Counted from the first letter of the stretch, positions 50,444-62,555 are shown. The stretch: 64,000 bases of DNA from an uncultured Phycisphaerales bacterium (GCA_963792535.1 CAWBWQ010000001.1:288001-352000); one strand, 5' to 3'. Notes: generated from the letters alone by a model not told the origin. Made by a program: numbers and translations.

Positions 50444-52603
50444 TCAGGTCGTATACGGTTCGATGTAAATACCCGATACCGTCGCATTGCCGGTGATACC
50501 CTTAAAATTCAGATGTACCATTCCGTCGGTGACGGTAATGATCTGCGATTGACTCCCCACATGCTGAAATCCGTAGGCCTTAGTGATGTCGAAGCTCTTC
50601 AACATGATCTTGCCCTGTGCGGTGACGTCAAACACCCGCACGCCGGGGTATGTGGCAACTCCGTCGTAAAAATAGAGCGTCAAGGTGTAGTTTCCATTGG
50701 GCACAGCAACGTCGTAGCTGAAGTTCTTGCCTACCCGGCGTGAGCGATAGAAGTCTGCGCTGCCGCCGCCTGGTCCCTGGATTGGGGTATTGTCATAGGT
50801 TGAGCTGCCGCCAGTGTAGGAGTTGTCGGCAAAGAAGTGACCACCCGGCGCGTAGCCTCCGGTGGTACTACCGGCATCAATCCCGACTGGATCCACAATC
50901 GCGCCGGCGGTTTGAATCATTACATTGTTCGACGAGCCTGAAACTCCGAAATTGCCTGGAGCAAACACGTTGATTGCCTTCACCCGAATGTAGTACGTGG
51001 TAAATTCCTTCAGTCCCTTCAAGGTGGCCGACGAAGCGGCCGGGCCCGCGGTGGTTTTGAAGATCTGCACGCCGGGCCCAAAGGGCTGGGTGGCATAGTC
51101 GATCTCGTAGACCGTCTGAAAGCTAGACTGCGGTTTCCACGAAATATGGATTGAATGCTGATCCAACGTTTCCCCGGTCAGTTGAAACGGTGCGGCAGGA
51201 GCGTTGGCGTTGCCCATGATTTCGTTCTGGCCGACGTATTCATGACTGCCAGCCCACAAGGTCTGTAATGTGAGAAGATGGCCCGATGGCGTCACGGATG
51301 CATCGCGAACGAATGCATTGGGTGAAAAATAGGCGAATTTGGTCCCGCCGTTGAAAGTAGTGTCCGTGGTACCATCGCGATTCAGTCGAGCCATCACCAT
51401 TCCGTACGGCTTGGTCACGGTCGGATCCGTGCCGAGCACAAAGAGCTTTCCATCCTGCTGGATCGCCACCTTCGAAAAGGCGGTTCCGGTGTTTTGAAAT
51501 TGATCCTCAATGCCCGTTACATTCGTGTTGAAAGTGACGTTTTGGGGGCTGGCTGCGGAGAATGCAAAATTCTGATCGTTGTAAGACAGCCGCCAGATGA
51601 ATGGATGCGCGGCAGAGTCGCCGTGGAGTTGCTCTTGGCCCACCACAAATACGCTGGTTGAATCAGGCGAGTAAACGATGCCATTACCCTGCGAAGCCGG
51701 TGCCCCGAGAATCGTTGCGTACTCACCGCCTCCGGCGGAGTCGGCACCGAAATTGAAAAAGCTGCTGACAAATGCGGTTCCCGCGTACTGCCCGGTAAAA
51801 GCGATATATCCCTCTCGGCTTACTGCCAATGCATTCATCGAGCGCGGCTGAGACGAATCGAATCCAGACGGGCTCGCCAGGCTAAGCCCGTGATTGCAAA
51901 ACGAGTCATCCAGATATCCGGCGTCGGAGTAGCGGGCAAATACTTCCTGGTATTCGGTGCTGACGCCAGGAAAATTCGCGACCCTGTTTCCTCCGATTGT
52001 TACTTCTCCATCCGCCTGGATGCCAATACCGACCGCGGTAGTATCAATGCTTTCCCGTGGATCATCAGAGCTGAAATCGGGTATCAGGAACGGCTGATAA
52101 GCGCCCAGCAGTTGGTGTGTCCCCGCTGAAGAAAGTTTGACCAGCAGCATGCGATTACCGGTGCGTGCGCTGGTGGTGCCACCAACCCAGATCGATCCAT
52201 TGAGGGAGTTGACCGCAACACCTGCCGCGGTCTGGTCACCGGGGAAAAAGAACTCTTCCTTGCCGTCATGATTGTCGCCGAAAGACGTGTCGGGCGTGCC
52301 ATTGGCGTTCACGCGATATACAAGCATGTCTTTGCCGTAAGTTGGATCGGTGATCGTCCCTACGATGACGATTTTCCCATCCTGTTGAACTGCCATTGCA
52401 TCGGCGTCCACACCAAGTGAATTCAGATTGAGGTGTCCGCCGGCACCAAAACTGGTAACCGGGCTCGAGACACTCATCATGGTTCGTCCTTCTAGCGGCT
52501 CGAACATGGATGCGGTTGCAAGTTTGAGCTTCTTCGATCGCTCGCGGTGCAGATCCGTTGTGGCAACTTCGTTTCGACGGTGTGAAAAATTGAAAAGCTT
52601 CAT
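50444..52603 (-). CDS. extracellular protein with delta-60 repeats, FN3 and malectin-like domains
   Basis: FEPLEGRTMMS; AVQQDGKIVIVG and NANGTPDTSFG repeats; YYIRVKAIN; FSYDVAVPNGNYTLTLYF..RVFDV. Confidence 0.82.
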   Translation of the reverse strand: MKLFNFSHRRNEVATTDLHRERSKKLKLATASMFEPLEGRTMMSVSSPVTSFGAGGHLNLNSLGVDADAMAVQQDGKIVIVGTITDPTYGKDMLVYRVNANGTPDTSFGDNHDGKEEFFFPGDQTAAGVAVNSLNGSIWVGGTTSARTGNRMLLVKLSSAGTHQLLGAYQPFLIPDFSSDDPRESIDTTAVGIGIQADGEVTIGGNRVANFPGVSTEYQEVFARYSDAGYLDDSFCNHGLSLASPSGFDSSQPRSMNALAVSREGYIAFTGQYAGTAFVSSFFNFGADSAGGGEYATILGAPASQGNGIVYSPDSTSVFVVGQEQLHGDSAAHPFIWRLSYNDQNFAFSAASPQNVTFNTNVTGIEDQFQNTGTAFSKVAIQQDGKLFVLGTDPTVTKPYGMVMARLNRDGTTDTTFNGGTKFAYFSPNAFVRDASVTPSGHLLTLQTLWAGSHEYVGQNEIMGNANAPAAPFQLTGETLDQHSIHISWKPQSSFQTVYEIDYATQPFGPGVQIFKTTAGPAASSATLKGLKEFTTYYIRVKAINVFAPGNFGVSGSSNNVMIQTAGAIVDPVGIDAGSTTGGYAPGGHFFADNSYTGGSSTYDNTPIQGPGGGSADFYRSRRVGKNFSYDVAVPNGNYTLTLYFYDGVATYPGVRVFDVTAQGKIMLKSFDITKAYGFQHVGSQSQIITVTDGMVHLNFKGITGNATVSGIYIEPYTT

Positions 52604-52773
52604 GATCGTGTTCCTCGTGGTTGAATAGGACTTCGTGACTACATCACCCCAAGCGATCAATCAGCTTCGGGAGGCTAAAAGTTTTTTTCCCGCGCATTTG
52701 GAAGCACAATTTGGGTATTTCTTAGCCTCGCACTACTGCGATATCGCTTTGGCTGTAGGACGAATCAAACGAG

Positions 52774-53806
52774 GTGAAGATGCCGGGTTATCAATTCAAC
52801 ATGCAGCAAACCCGGCAGGATGTGAACTCGGCGTCGCAGGAGCTTCGAGCCACCGCAATGCAGCAATTACTGCTACAGGCAAGGAAGAATCCGAAGATTC
52901 GCAAAGAAGCTCTGGCAATATTCGAATCGGCGGTGGATCGGCCGACGGATGCCGCAACATCGGTGCTGGCTGCGCGCGGCATCGAGTGCATTTCTGATCC
53001 GACCCAAGCCCGAGCGGCCTGGTCAAAGCTCCTCAATGACCCGGAACCGAAGATCGTTCAGGCAGCGGCGCTGAGTGTGCCCGACCCGTCATACTTTCAG
53101 TTGCTCGTCGACGTATTAAATCAAAGAAAAGAAATCGCAATCCACCGCTCGGTTATTCGCGCTGGGCCGCATGAAAAACCCAGCTGCCATTGCGTGGATT
53201 GTGGAAGATCTGGTTCACTCGGACCTTCGTCCTGACATCATCCTGGCCCTTGAAGAGCTTGGGGACGCGGCAGCGATTATTCATCTGACCCCGCTGCTTT
53301 TGGATACCACCGATGCCTGGGCCGAGGACAACCACGCGCCAGTATCGCGTGTCTGTGATCTGGCTCAGACAGCAATCACTCGCTTAAACAATGCAGCTTC
53401 CTTGCGTGAACAGTTCGATTCCCATTCCCCAATTAACCAGGCGCCTATTGGCGGATTGATCGCGAAACCCGCTGCCTATGGGCCAACCACCACGCAACAA
53501 CCAGGGAAGCGGTCTACGCCAGGCTTTAATTTGCTGCCTTATGTCCCGCTGGCTGCAGCGATTGTCAATGTCGCCTGGTTTGCAGGCCTGATGTTCATCT
53601 GGATCTGCAACGGTCAACGCAGCTTTTCTTTTGCAGAAGAACTCCTCTGCGCGCTCCCTGCGATTGCCGGCTTGTTGATTGGCATCACGCTGATCGCCAC
53701 CCGCATTACACAAAGAGCGGTGGATCTGATCTTCATCTATCTAGGGAGCGTTTGTTGCGCGATCATTGTTTTTTCGTTTACATGGGAAGCGTTTCATCCC
53801 GCCTGA
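52774..53806 (+). CDS. HEAT-repeat protein with three C-terminal TM helices (frameshift near 53163)
   Basis: LLNDPEPKIVQAAA and IILALEELGDAAAIIHLTPLL; two overlapping ORFs. Confidence 0.6.
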
Positions 53807-54048
53807 TCGATCCACTGAAACATTCGTTCGATCAAATCTGGATCGATCGCCTGACGCTTTGTTTCGGGATCAAGCGGGGCGAGCCCGCATGCCTGCAGGA
53901 ACATCCGGGCGTCGTCCACCGAAAACGGGCTGCCCATGCCTTTGCCCGGCTCGTCGGTCAGCGTTCGTTCGAGCCACTTCGCCGTCCAGGTTGGTTTAAC
54001 ACGGCCCTCCGCCAACGGAGAAATCTGAAAGGCCTTTCTGGTCAACAT
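53794..54048 (-). CDS. small hypothetical protein
   Basis: AGGAG RBS; follows the hydrolase on the same strand. Confidence 0.5.
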   Translation of the reverse strand: MLTRKAFQISPLAEGRVKPTWTAKWLERTLTDEPGKGMGSPFSVDDARMFLQACGLAPLDPETKRQAIDPDLIERMFQWIDQAG

Positions 54049-54061
54049 CTCCTGCCTATCT

Positions 54062-54898
54062 TTATGAGGAAAGATCTGCGACCAGCTCCGACTGTGAAAG
54101 ATGCTCGCAGAGCAGGCTGTTCACAGCCGCCGGATCTTGAATTGGTACGCCGTGCGAACGACCCGCTAATTCAACGTATCGAGCACCGGGAATGGCCTCG
54201 GCCATTGCGCGGCCAAGCGCCGGCGGCGCTATCGGATCTTCACTCGCACTTACGACCAGCGTAGGTATCCCGCTTAATTCACCAAGTCGCCCGGAATAGT
54301 TGGCCCCACGCATGCTCTTAAGTTGCTGACTCACAACCGCAGGCTGATCGCCGAGGTCATGACCAAAAAGCGGCTCGAGATCTTTGCCGAGTTTTTCGCA
54401 GTCGACGTTCTTCATACTATCCGCCGGCATGACCAGACGCAGAAACCCTTTTCGTCGCATCGTGCGCGTGCCCAGTTGCGATCGCATACCGAGCCACATC
54501 ATTCTCAAAGTAAGAGGTGCCGCCTTTCGCCCATCCGCGAAGGTGCAAAGCAACGCCAGGCTTCGCACGCGCTGTCTGGATTGCAGTGCAATACACAATG
54601 CGATCAGCCCGCCCAGCGAATGGCCCACGATGTGCGCAGTATCCCAACCCAGGTAATCCATGATCGCAAGCGTATCTTCTGCCATCTGCACAACCGTCAG
54701 CGCCCCGGAACAGGGCTGACTCAATCCCATCCCGCGGTTATCGATCGACAGGCAAGTGTATCTGGCCGACCCTTGTTCAATCTGCGGCAACCATCCATCG
54801 CCATGCACCCCCACGCCCTGAATGAATACAACAGGCGGCCCCGACCCTCGAACGGTGAAAGAAAGCTGGCAATCTTTAAAATTCAGCGATTGACGCAT
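54062..54898 (-). CDS. alpha/beta hydrolase
   Basis: DNRGMGLS, GHSLGG nucleophile elbow, EDPI and SHG. Confidence 0.92.
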   Translation of the reverse strand: MRQSLNFKDCQLSFTVRGSGPPVVFIQGVGVHGDGWLPQIEQGSARYTCLSIDNRGMGLSQPCSGALTVVQMAEDTLAIMDYLGWDTAHIVGHSLGGLIALCIALQSRQRVRSLALLCTFADGRKAAPLTLRMMWLGMRSQLGTRTMRRKGFLRLVMPADSMKNVDCEKLGKDLEPLFGHDLGDQPAVVSQQLKSMRGANYSGRLGELSGIPTLVVSASEDPIAPPALGRAMAEAIPGARYVELAGRSHGVPIQDPAAVNSLLCEHLSQSELVADLSS

Positions 54899-55062
54899 TG
54901 GACCAACCCTTTGTTGAAGAAGGTCAAAATTGATGTTCTGCAGTGCCCGTTGGGATTATCCCAGGCGCCTGTTTCTAACACCAGTGCGTCGAACGACAAC
55001 ATTCAGGCTAAGAAATTTAAATTCTGCCAACTGCGTTTGAGGGATTTAATCAAATCACGAGT

Positions 55063-56578
55063 TTATTCCGCCTCGGCATTTACCGATTGCGTGACCCGCA
55101 AGCCCGATTCACGAAGCTTGGTCCGTAATGTTTGCCGCGCAATTCCCAGAACCCGCGAAGCGAGATGCTGATTTCCACGCGTATAGGTCAGAACCTCGAT
55201 AAGTGAATGACGATCCACTTCACGGTGGAGGGCCGCATACAACTCCCTGGCATCCGGGGCGAGTCGTTCCCTTAAAAATCCTTTGATATCGAAGTCGCCC
55301 GCCGGTGCCGCCGACGGTTGTGAGGGTTTGGAAGACGTTATGGAAAGTGAAGGAAGGAACTCCGCGAGAAGCAGGTTCCCACTGGCGCGTAAAAGCGCCT
55401 GCTTCATGACGCTTTGCAATTCCCGGATATTTCCGGGCCATGAGTATTGCTGTAACCGCTCCATCGCGTCGGGCGCGATATCGCCGATTTCACGGTTGAG
55501 TTCGCGGCTGTACTTATTCAAGAAATGCCGGATCAACATCGGCAGATCGTCACCGCGTTCGCGCAAGGGCGGCAGGTGGATCGTGAATACACTCAGGCGA
55601 TAATAAAGGTCGGTCCGGAACTTTTCTTCGGCCGACCATGTTTTGAGATCGCGGTGGGTGGCTGCGATCAGTCGAACGTCGGTGTGTATCGTCTGGTTTC
55701 CTCCTACTCGCTCGAATGTCTGCTCCTGAAGAAGTCGCAAAATTTTTGCCTGAAGCGAGATGGGCATGTCTCCGATTTCGTCCAGCAGAATGGTGCCGCC
55801 GCTGAATTGTTCAAATTTACCGATTCGACGGCGATCCGCTCCGCTGAACGCCCCTTTCTCATGCCCGAACAATTCACTTTCCAGAAGATTTTCCGGGATG
55901 GCGGCGCAGTTCAGCGCGAGAAAAGGCGCGTTGGAGCGGGAACTGTGTTGATGGATCGCGCGGGCCACCAGTTCCTTGCCTGTGCCGCTCTCGCCGGTGA
56001 CTAAGACATTGACATCCTGCGCGGCAACCAGGCCGATCGATTTGTAGACATTTCGCATCGCAATAGAACTGCCCGTCAGAATTCCGCCGTCTTCGGCAAG
56101 GCTGGAAGACGCGCCGCCTGAGACGGTCGCTTCGCTTACTCTGGAAATCCGAAGCGCCTCCTCGACCACGCGTCGCAACTGCCGATGGTCGAGCGGTTTG
56201 GATAAGCAGTCATAAGCGCCCTGCTTCATTGCCCGGATCGCCAGATCAGCGCTCAGAGGCGGCGGCGATGAATATGACGGGTATCTGCGGCGCGATGCGA
56301 CGAATCTGGGCCTGTAGATCCAGCGCACATTGGTCGGATAAGGCTGGATCGAGGAGAATTATCTCAGGCTGATCATCGGCAATGCGTTGCATTGCCGCCT
56401 TTGCCGTGCATACCGCTTCCACCCGATAGCTCGCCGCGGGAAATAATTCCCGACACAACCGCAATACCGGAGCAGGATGATCATCAATGATCAACAGGCG
56501 AGCTGTCCGCGCTCCCGCCGGATCATGAAATTCCAAGGCGTCCGTCGAATAATCAGAAGTAGCGATGCAAATGGCCAT
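55063..56578 (-). CDS. sigma54-dependent activator (receiver, AAA+, HTH; frameshift near 56255)
   Basis: LLIIDDH receiver, GESGTGKE, ESELFGHEKGAFSGA, LDEIG and WPGNIREL. Confidence 0.92.
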
Positions 56579-56761
56579 ATTGCCTTCCCTGTGAGGCGTC
56601 CCTGTGGGGGAGCACTCCAAATATTGGGTTCGTTTCGCGTGCGGGATCGATCGGTTACCGTAAGTAGTGAGCAACTCGCTCAAACCTAACGCCAAAAATC
56701 AAATTTTCCTTTTCTTGTCTTTTCTGTTCTAGGTTGGCGATACGATGCTCGGCAGGTGAAC

Positions 56762-57364
56762 ATGACAGGCCGATCTAACCAAGTCGACACGCGCATAACA
56801 CTTCTCGGACGACTGCGCGCCACGCCGAATGATCCGGCGGTCTGGTCGGAGTTCGTCGACTGGTACGGGCGGAATATCCACGCCTGGTGTCGGTCGTGGG
56901 GGCTTCAGGAGCAGGACGCGCAGGACGTGACTCAGGAAGTATTTCTGAATCTGTCGGTTCAGATGCACGGATTTTGCTACGACCCCAGCGGTAGTTTCCG
57001 AGCCTGGCTTAAGACACTGACACGCCGTGCGTGGCAGGTATACGTCGTAAAGCAACGCAAGGCGGGTCGCGGCAGTGGCGACGATTCTGAAACGGATCGA
57101 CTCGCCGGTCTGGCCGCCAAAAAGGACTTGACGCAACGATTGGAAGAAGCGTTCGATCAGGAGCTTCTGAAAGAGGCCTCGAATCTCGTTCGCCTGCGCG
57201 TTGACCCGCGAACGTGGGATGCGTTTCATCTTCTCGCATTTGAAGGGCTCACCGGTGCTGAGGTGGCGGAAAAACTGAAGATGAAAATCGCGACGGTTTT
57301 TGTCGCGCGCAGCAAAGTGCAGCGAATGCTGCGGGAAGAACTGGTCCGATTGGATCGCGAGTAA
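56762..57364 (+). CDS. ECF sigma factor (planctomycete kinase-associated type)
   Basis: TRITLLGRL..WSEFVDWY..DAQDVTQEV..GSFRAWL..VFVARSKV. Confidence 0.9.
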   Translation: MTGRSNQVDTRITLLGRLRATPNDPAVWSEFVDWYGRNIHAWCRSWGLQEQDAQDVTQEVFLNLSVQMHGFCYDPSGSFRAWLKTLTRRAWQVYVVKQRKAGRGSGDDSETDRLAGLAAKKDLTQRLEEAFDQELLKEASNLVRLRVDPRTWDAFHLLAFEGLTGAEVAEKLKMKIATVFVARSKVQRMLREELVRLDRE

Positions 57365-57385
57365 GCCTGCTTCTGGATGTGGCCC

Positions 57386-60300
57386 ATGAGCAGACAAACC
57401 GCAGGAAAATCGGTTGAGTCAAAAGAACCTCGCATGCCTGCCTGTCCACCCAGAGAAACTCTCGAACGCCTTCTTTTCGAATCGTTGAGCGATGCCGAAC
57501 AAAAGCGGGTCGAGACACATGTCCAAACGTGTCGCAGCTGTCAGGATACGCTGCAGGAACTCACGGGAAACGCAGCAGAATCATCAAATTCCGAGTTGCT
57601 ATCCGCGGTGGAACATGAAACCCAGAAGGGCGGAGAAGGAGATACTGAATTATTCTTCGAGCGGCTGAAACAGATAAAGCCGCCGGGTTCCACGATCGCT
57701 TCGCCCGCCGGCTCAAAGCAGGAGGGCGCACTGGATGACGCCGTGGAGATTGAAGGATACAAGATTCTCGGTGTGCTTGGACGGGGGGCTGCCGGCGTCG
57801 TCTATCGAGCGTGCCATCTTAAGCTGAATCGGCCTGTTGCCTTGAAGGTTATCGTCGCGGGACCGCATCTGTCGCTGGAAGTTCGGCAGCGGTTTCACGT
57901 CGAATCTCAGACGATCGCGCGGTTGCACCATCCGAACATTGTTCAGATTTACGATGTAGGCGAATACGCAAAATGTCCGTTTCTTTCTCTTGAGTTAATG
58001 GAAGGCGGAACGCTCGCGGATCGAATTGCAGGCAAGCCGCAGCCGGCCAGCGAAGCGGCCCGGATTCTTCTCACGCTTACCAACGCTGTCGAATACGCAC
58101 ACCGTCAGGGGGTGGTTCATCGCGATCTCAAGCCGGCCAATGTCCTGCTGAACGTTGTTGCGGATCGCCCTACTAAACGCGAGCTGAAAATCACCGATTT
58201 CGGCATCGCCAAGGTCTTGCCGCGCGCCGACACGGACCACGCCCGGATGACCCAGACCGGTGAAATTCTCGGGACGCCAACCTACATGGCCCCGGAACAG
58301 GCGCGCGGCAACGCAGGCGAGATCTGCCCCGCTACTGACATCTATTCACTGGGCGCCATGCTGTATGAAATGTTGACGGGTCGTCCCCCGTTTCAGGGCG
58401 CGACGCCGCTTGATACATTAATGCAGGCCGCCCATCAGGATCCGGTGCCGGTTTCGCTTCTTGTGCCGCGCGTCCCGCGCGATCTGAACACCATCTGCCT
58501 CAAATGCCTGGAGAAGGACGCGTCCAAGCGCTACACGACGGCAGCGGAGTTGTCCGCTGATCTGCGCCGGTTCTTGAACAACGAGCCGATTCTAGCACGT
58601 CCATTATCCTGGGCCGGCCACAGCGTGCGCTGGATGCGTCGGCATCGGGGGCTGGCGGCTTCTCTTAGTGCGGTGGTCCTTCTGCTCATGCTTCTGGTCG
58701 TCGGCTCATTCGTTGCAACTGCTCACTTTCGCTCCCTGGAACGTCAACAGCGGTCGCTGGCTATGGAAAAGGGGGAACTTGCCGACCAGAAGGAGGTCGA
58801 GCGGGGCAAGGCGGTTATAGCCAGGCAGCATGAAGCGGGGCTTCGAAAAGAGGCAGAAGAGCAGAGTCGAGAACTGCGGCAGAATCTCTATTTCGACCAG
58901 ATGAATCTTGCCGCACACGCGGCTTCGTCGCCCAGTGGGATCGGCCGTGTGAATGAATGGCTCGAACCGTGGGCCAAAGGCAGACCTGATCACAATGATC
59001 CAGACCTTCGCAACTGGGAATGGTATTACCTTGATAGCCTGTGTCACCGCGAGTTGGTCACGCTGCACCTGATCGTAGGAGTCGTCGATGTCGTCTGGAG
59101 CCCCGACGGCACACGGATCGCGTCGGCCTGTTCGGACGGGACGGTCCGAATCTGGAGTCGGACCACAAACGCCGAGATTCGCCGCTTAAACGGTCATGCA
59201 AAAGAGGTGGTCAGAATCGCATGGAGTCCCGAGGGCGGGCGCATCGCATCGGCAAGTTGGGATGGCACTGTAAAAGTATGGGATGTCGAAAACGGCGGAG
59301 AATTACTCACCTTTCGAGGACATGCCGGTAATGTTACCTGCGTCGCATGGAGTCCCGACGGGAAGCGTCTGGCATCCGGCGGTGAGGATAAGACCGTCCA
59401 GATTTGGGATGCGGCGACCGGGCAGAGTCAATCGATACTTCGCGGGCATTCGGAATCTGTTTCCGACGTCTCATGGAGCCCGGATGGGAATGCGATGGCG
59501 TCTTGTGGTGCCGATTTTCAGATCTGCCTATGGAATACACACAGCGCTGCGCTACAGCGAACGCTTCTTGGACACTACAACGGCGTGAACCGGATTGCCT
59601 GGAACCGCGACGGATCAAGACTGGCATCGGCCAGTAACGATGGCACGGTCAAAATCTGGGACCCCGCCACGGGAAATGAAAAAGCGACACTGACCGGGCA
59701 CGCGTTGGGAGTCACGTCAGTCGCGTGGTCGTCTGATGGCACTCGGCTGGCAAGCTGCAGTGGCGATCAGACGGTGAAAATCTGGCGGGCAACCGGAGGC
59801 GCGGAGCTCAATACCTTTCGAGGCCACACGCGTCAGGTAACCGCCGTGGTTTGGAGTCCCGATGGAAAGCAATTGGCTTCATCGAGCTCTGATGCAACAA
59901 TCAAAATCTGGGCTACGACCGACGGAACGGAAGTTACAACGCTTGCGCGTCAATCGTACCCGTTTTCCGCGATTGCGTGGCCCTTCGATAGCCGCCACCT
60001 TGCATCAGCATCGTCCGACAAACTTGTGACGATCTGGGATGTCGCAAGCGCGGGAGCAATTTCTGCTCGAGGGGAACACCGATTGGGTCAACGCGGTCAC
60101 CTACAGTCCGGACCAAACGCGGCTTGCTTCGGCTGGGCGCGACCACACCATTCGGCTGTGGGAAAGCAGCACCGGCAAATTACTCAATTCAATCCCAACC
60201 TCGGAGGTTATTCTTGCCTTGGCTTGGAGCAATGACGGAAAGCAACTTGCATCTGCGGGCCTTGATCGCGCGGTGCGTACGTGGGATGCGACCACAGGGA

Positions 60301-61472
60301 AACTGCTCCGAGTTTATAATGGTCATCAGGCATACGTTGACTCGGTGGCCTGGAGCCCTGACGGCCGATTTATAGCCAGCGCCTCGGCGGATCGCACGGT
60401 TCGTCTATGGGACCCCGCAACCGGGACGGAAATCCGCTCACTCGCGGGGCACGCAGATACGGTTAACAGCATGGCCTGGTCGCCCGATGGGCGATCGTTA
60501 GCATCGGCCAGCGACGACCAGACGCTGATCCTCTGGGATGTGGCAACCGGCCAGTCGACTCTCACTCTGCACGGGCACACGACCCGCGTGACGAGCGTTA
60601 CCTGGAGCCCGGATGGAAAACGCCTTGCCTCGGGAAGCGATGATCACACTGTAAAGTTATGGGATTCAGCGACGGGCCGGGAGGCAATGTCGCTCGACTG
60701 TCATGGAAGCATCGTCCGAGCGGTTGCATGGAGCCCTGATGGCCTGAGCATCGCCGCGGCGACGGAGAATCGCGGCATCCTCGTCTTTGATGCCGCCGCC
60801 GGATATCTGGCAGAGCGTGCGCCGCAATACCTGCCCGAGCTGGATCGCCGCCTTTCCGATAATCCAGCGGATTTGACCAATTGGGAAACTCGGGCCGAAA
60901 TTGACTCGCGCCGGGACGATTGGAATGAGGCCGCGCAGGACGTTCAGCACGTGTTGAAGCTCGACCCTAAACAACTGTGGGCATCGTTTGATTTCTGGGT
61001 GATTGGCCCTTATTCAGACGACCTTAACACCAGCTTCGCACCTGAGACGGATTTTGATCCCGGGCATTTGCTGCCGCAGACGATCGGTTCTGATTCGCCG
61101 GCGGTTTTAAGTTGGCGTAACGTGCCCCAGAGCCCGTCCGGATTCATAGACTTAGGCAGCCTGTTCGGGCACGCGCCGCACATCTCCGCGTATGCCGCCC
61201 AGCGGATTTACTCACCTCAACAGCAGCAAGTTGCCATAATGCTTGGCTCGGACGATCAGGCTCGGCTTTGGCTCAACGGTAAAAAACTGCACGAATACCT
61301 GAATGCCAGACGCGCGGTTCCCGATTCGGACGCTGTTCTCGCCAACTTGTCCGCCGGTTGGAATACACTTCTGGTTCGCGTGGTCAATCAAACCGATGAT
61401 CACGCCCTGTACCTGCGGATATCCAAGGCCGAGGCGGACATCAAACGAGCACATGACGAAGTCGGCAAATAA
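57386..61472 (+). CDS. Ser/Thr kinase with N-terminal zf-HC2-like motif, TM, about 14 WD40 repeats and a C-terminal PA14-like domain (frameshift near 60050)
   Basis: HVQTCRSC; HRDLKPAN, DFG, APE; GH..VAWSPDG repeats in both ORFs; LGSDDQARLWLNG. Confidence 0.9.
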
Positions 61473-61509
61473 AGCGATTTTAACATTTCAAAATGACTCA
61501 AGCAGTACG

Positions 61510-62379
61510 CTACTGCGCGGGTTCATTGCGACGCCGCACAAACAGACCCGCTGCGACAAGAATCCCCAGTGAGTGGGGCTCTGGAACTGCAACGCTCAAG
61601 GAAATCGGGCCGAACGAGGAGGTTTCCTCATCATGTGCGTCGCGAGTCCGGTATCCAATCTGCGTTCCGCCGAAATCAGAAGTATGCGCGAAATCTTGAA
61701 ACGTTCCTGAGAAGTAGACACTGGGATCCGGCGGAATAGCCGCATCAGCAGGACCCAAGTCTAAAATGGTGATCGAAAATTGAGGGTTCAATCCCGAGCG
61801 GTCTTCGGAGGCCGAGATGCTGTAGTTGTGTCCGAGAGCGGCGGGCCCGGAGATTGCGCCCAGATCTTTGACAATCGCTGTGCTTCCACCTTCATCTCCG
61901 AGCAACTGACTTCCCGTTTCAGCAAGCAGAACAAAGTCATTATTTGCCCCGGTGAAATCGGTAATGAGATATCCGCCCGCGCTAACACTGCCGCTGAGAA
62001 CAACACCGGGTTGGGCGGTGTTGCCAGCGGGGATGTCATCTATCTTTGCGTTTATCGTAAACCGGGACAACCCGGCGGTGTTGCCCAAACTCGCGGTTGT
62101 TCCGTTCGTCAGCAGGACGCTCGACGAGTAATAATAACTGTCGCCAATTGCCGGAGGATCTTGAGAGACACGCGTGTAGTTGAGCGTACCTCCACCGGAT
62201 GTCCACGTGCCCAACGAGTTTTCATCCGATGCCGAGTAATTCCCCACGGGGTGGAGCGCAGTGTATGTGCTGGGAGTCACGAAATTGTCGGCAAACGCTG
62301 GATCGGCGCGTGCAGACTGCACAATGCCCATGAGCGCGAAAGTGATGGTCGCAATTGCGGTTCGTTTGTGACCAGGCAT
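61510..62379 (-). CDS. PEP-CTERM sorting-signal protein
   Basis: Signal peptide; C-terminal VPEPHSLGILVAAGLFVRRR. Confidence 0.88.
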   Translation of the reverse strand: MPGHKRTAIATITFALMGIVQSARADPAFADNFVTPSTYTALHPVGNYSASDENSLGTWTSGGGTLNYTRVSQDPPAIGDSYYYSSSVLLTNGTTASLGNTAGLSRFTINAKIDDIPAGNTAQPGVVLSGSVSAGGYLITDFTGANNDFVLLAETGSQLLGDEGGSTAIVKDLGAISGPAALGHNYSISASEDRSGLNPQFSITILDLGPADAAIPPDPSVYFSGTFQDFAHTSDFGGTQIGYRTRDAHDEETSSFGPISLSVAVPEPHSLGILVAAGLFVRRRNEPAQ

Positions 62380-62518
62380 GTCCCACCTCAAAAGCCGAGC
62401 AAGTGACGGCAGACAGCAATCCCCCTGCAGGCGTGAAAGGTAAACACAACTGAGGGGAGCGTGAGAAATTAGTCGCTCATGCAGTTTTGTCAATGTTAAT
62501 ATATTGCCATTGATCTCC

Positions 62519-62555
62519 TGGCAATATTGTTGCCAGCGTGGCAAAAAAATTGCCA
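62519..62555. promoter_or_regulatory. two tandem TGGCA-N7-TGCCA palindromes (sigma54 -24/-12-like on both strands)
   Basis: tggcaatattgttgcca (62519-62535) and tggcaaaaaaattgcca (62539-62555); each gives GG-N10-GC. Confidence 0.5.
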
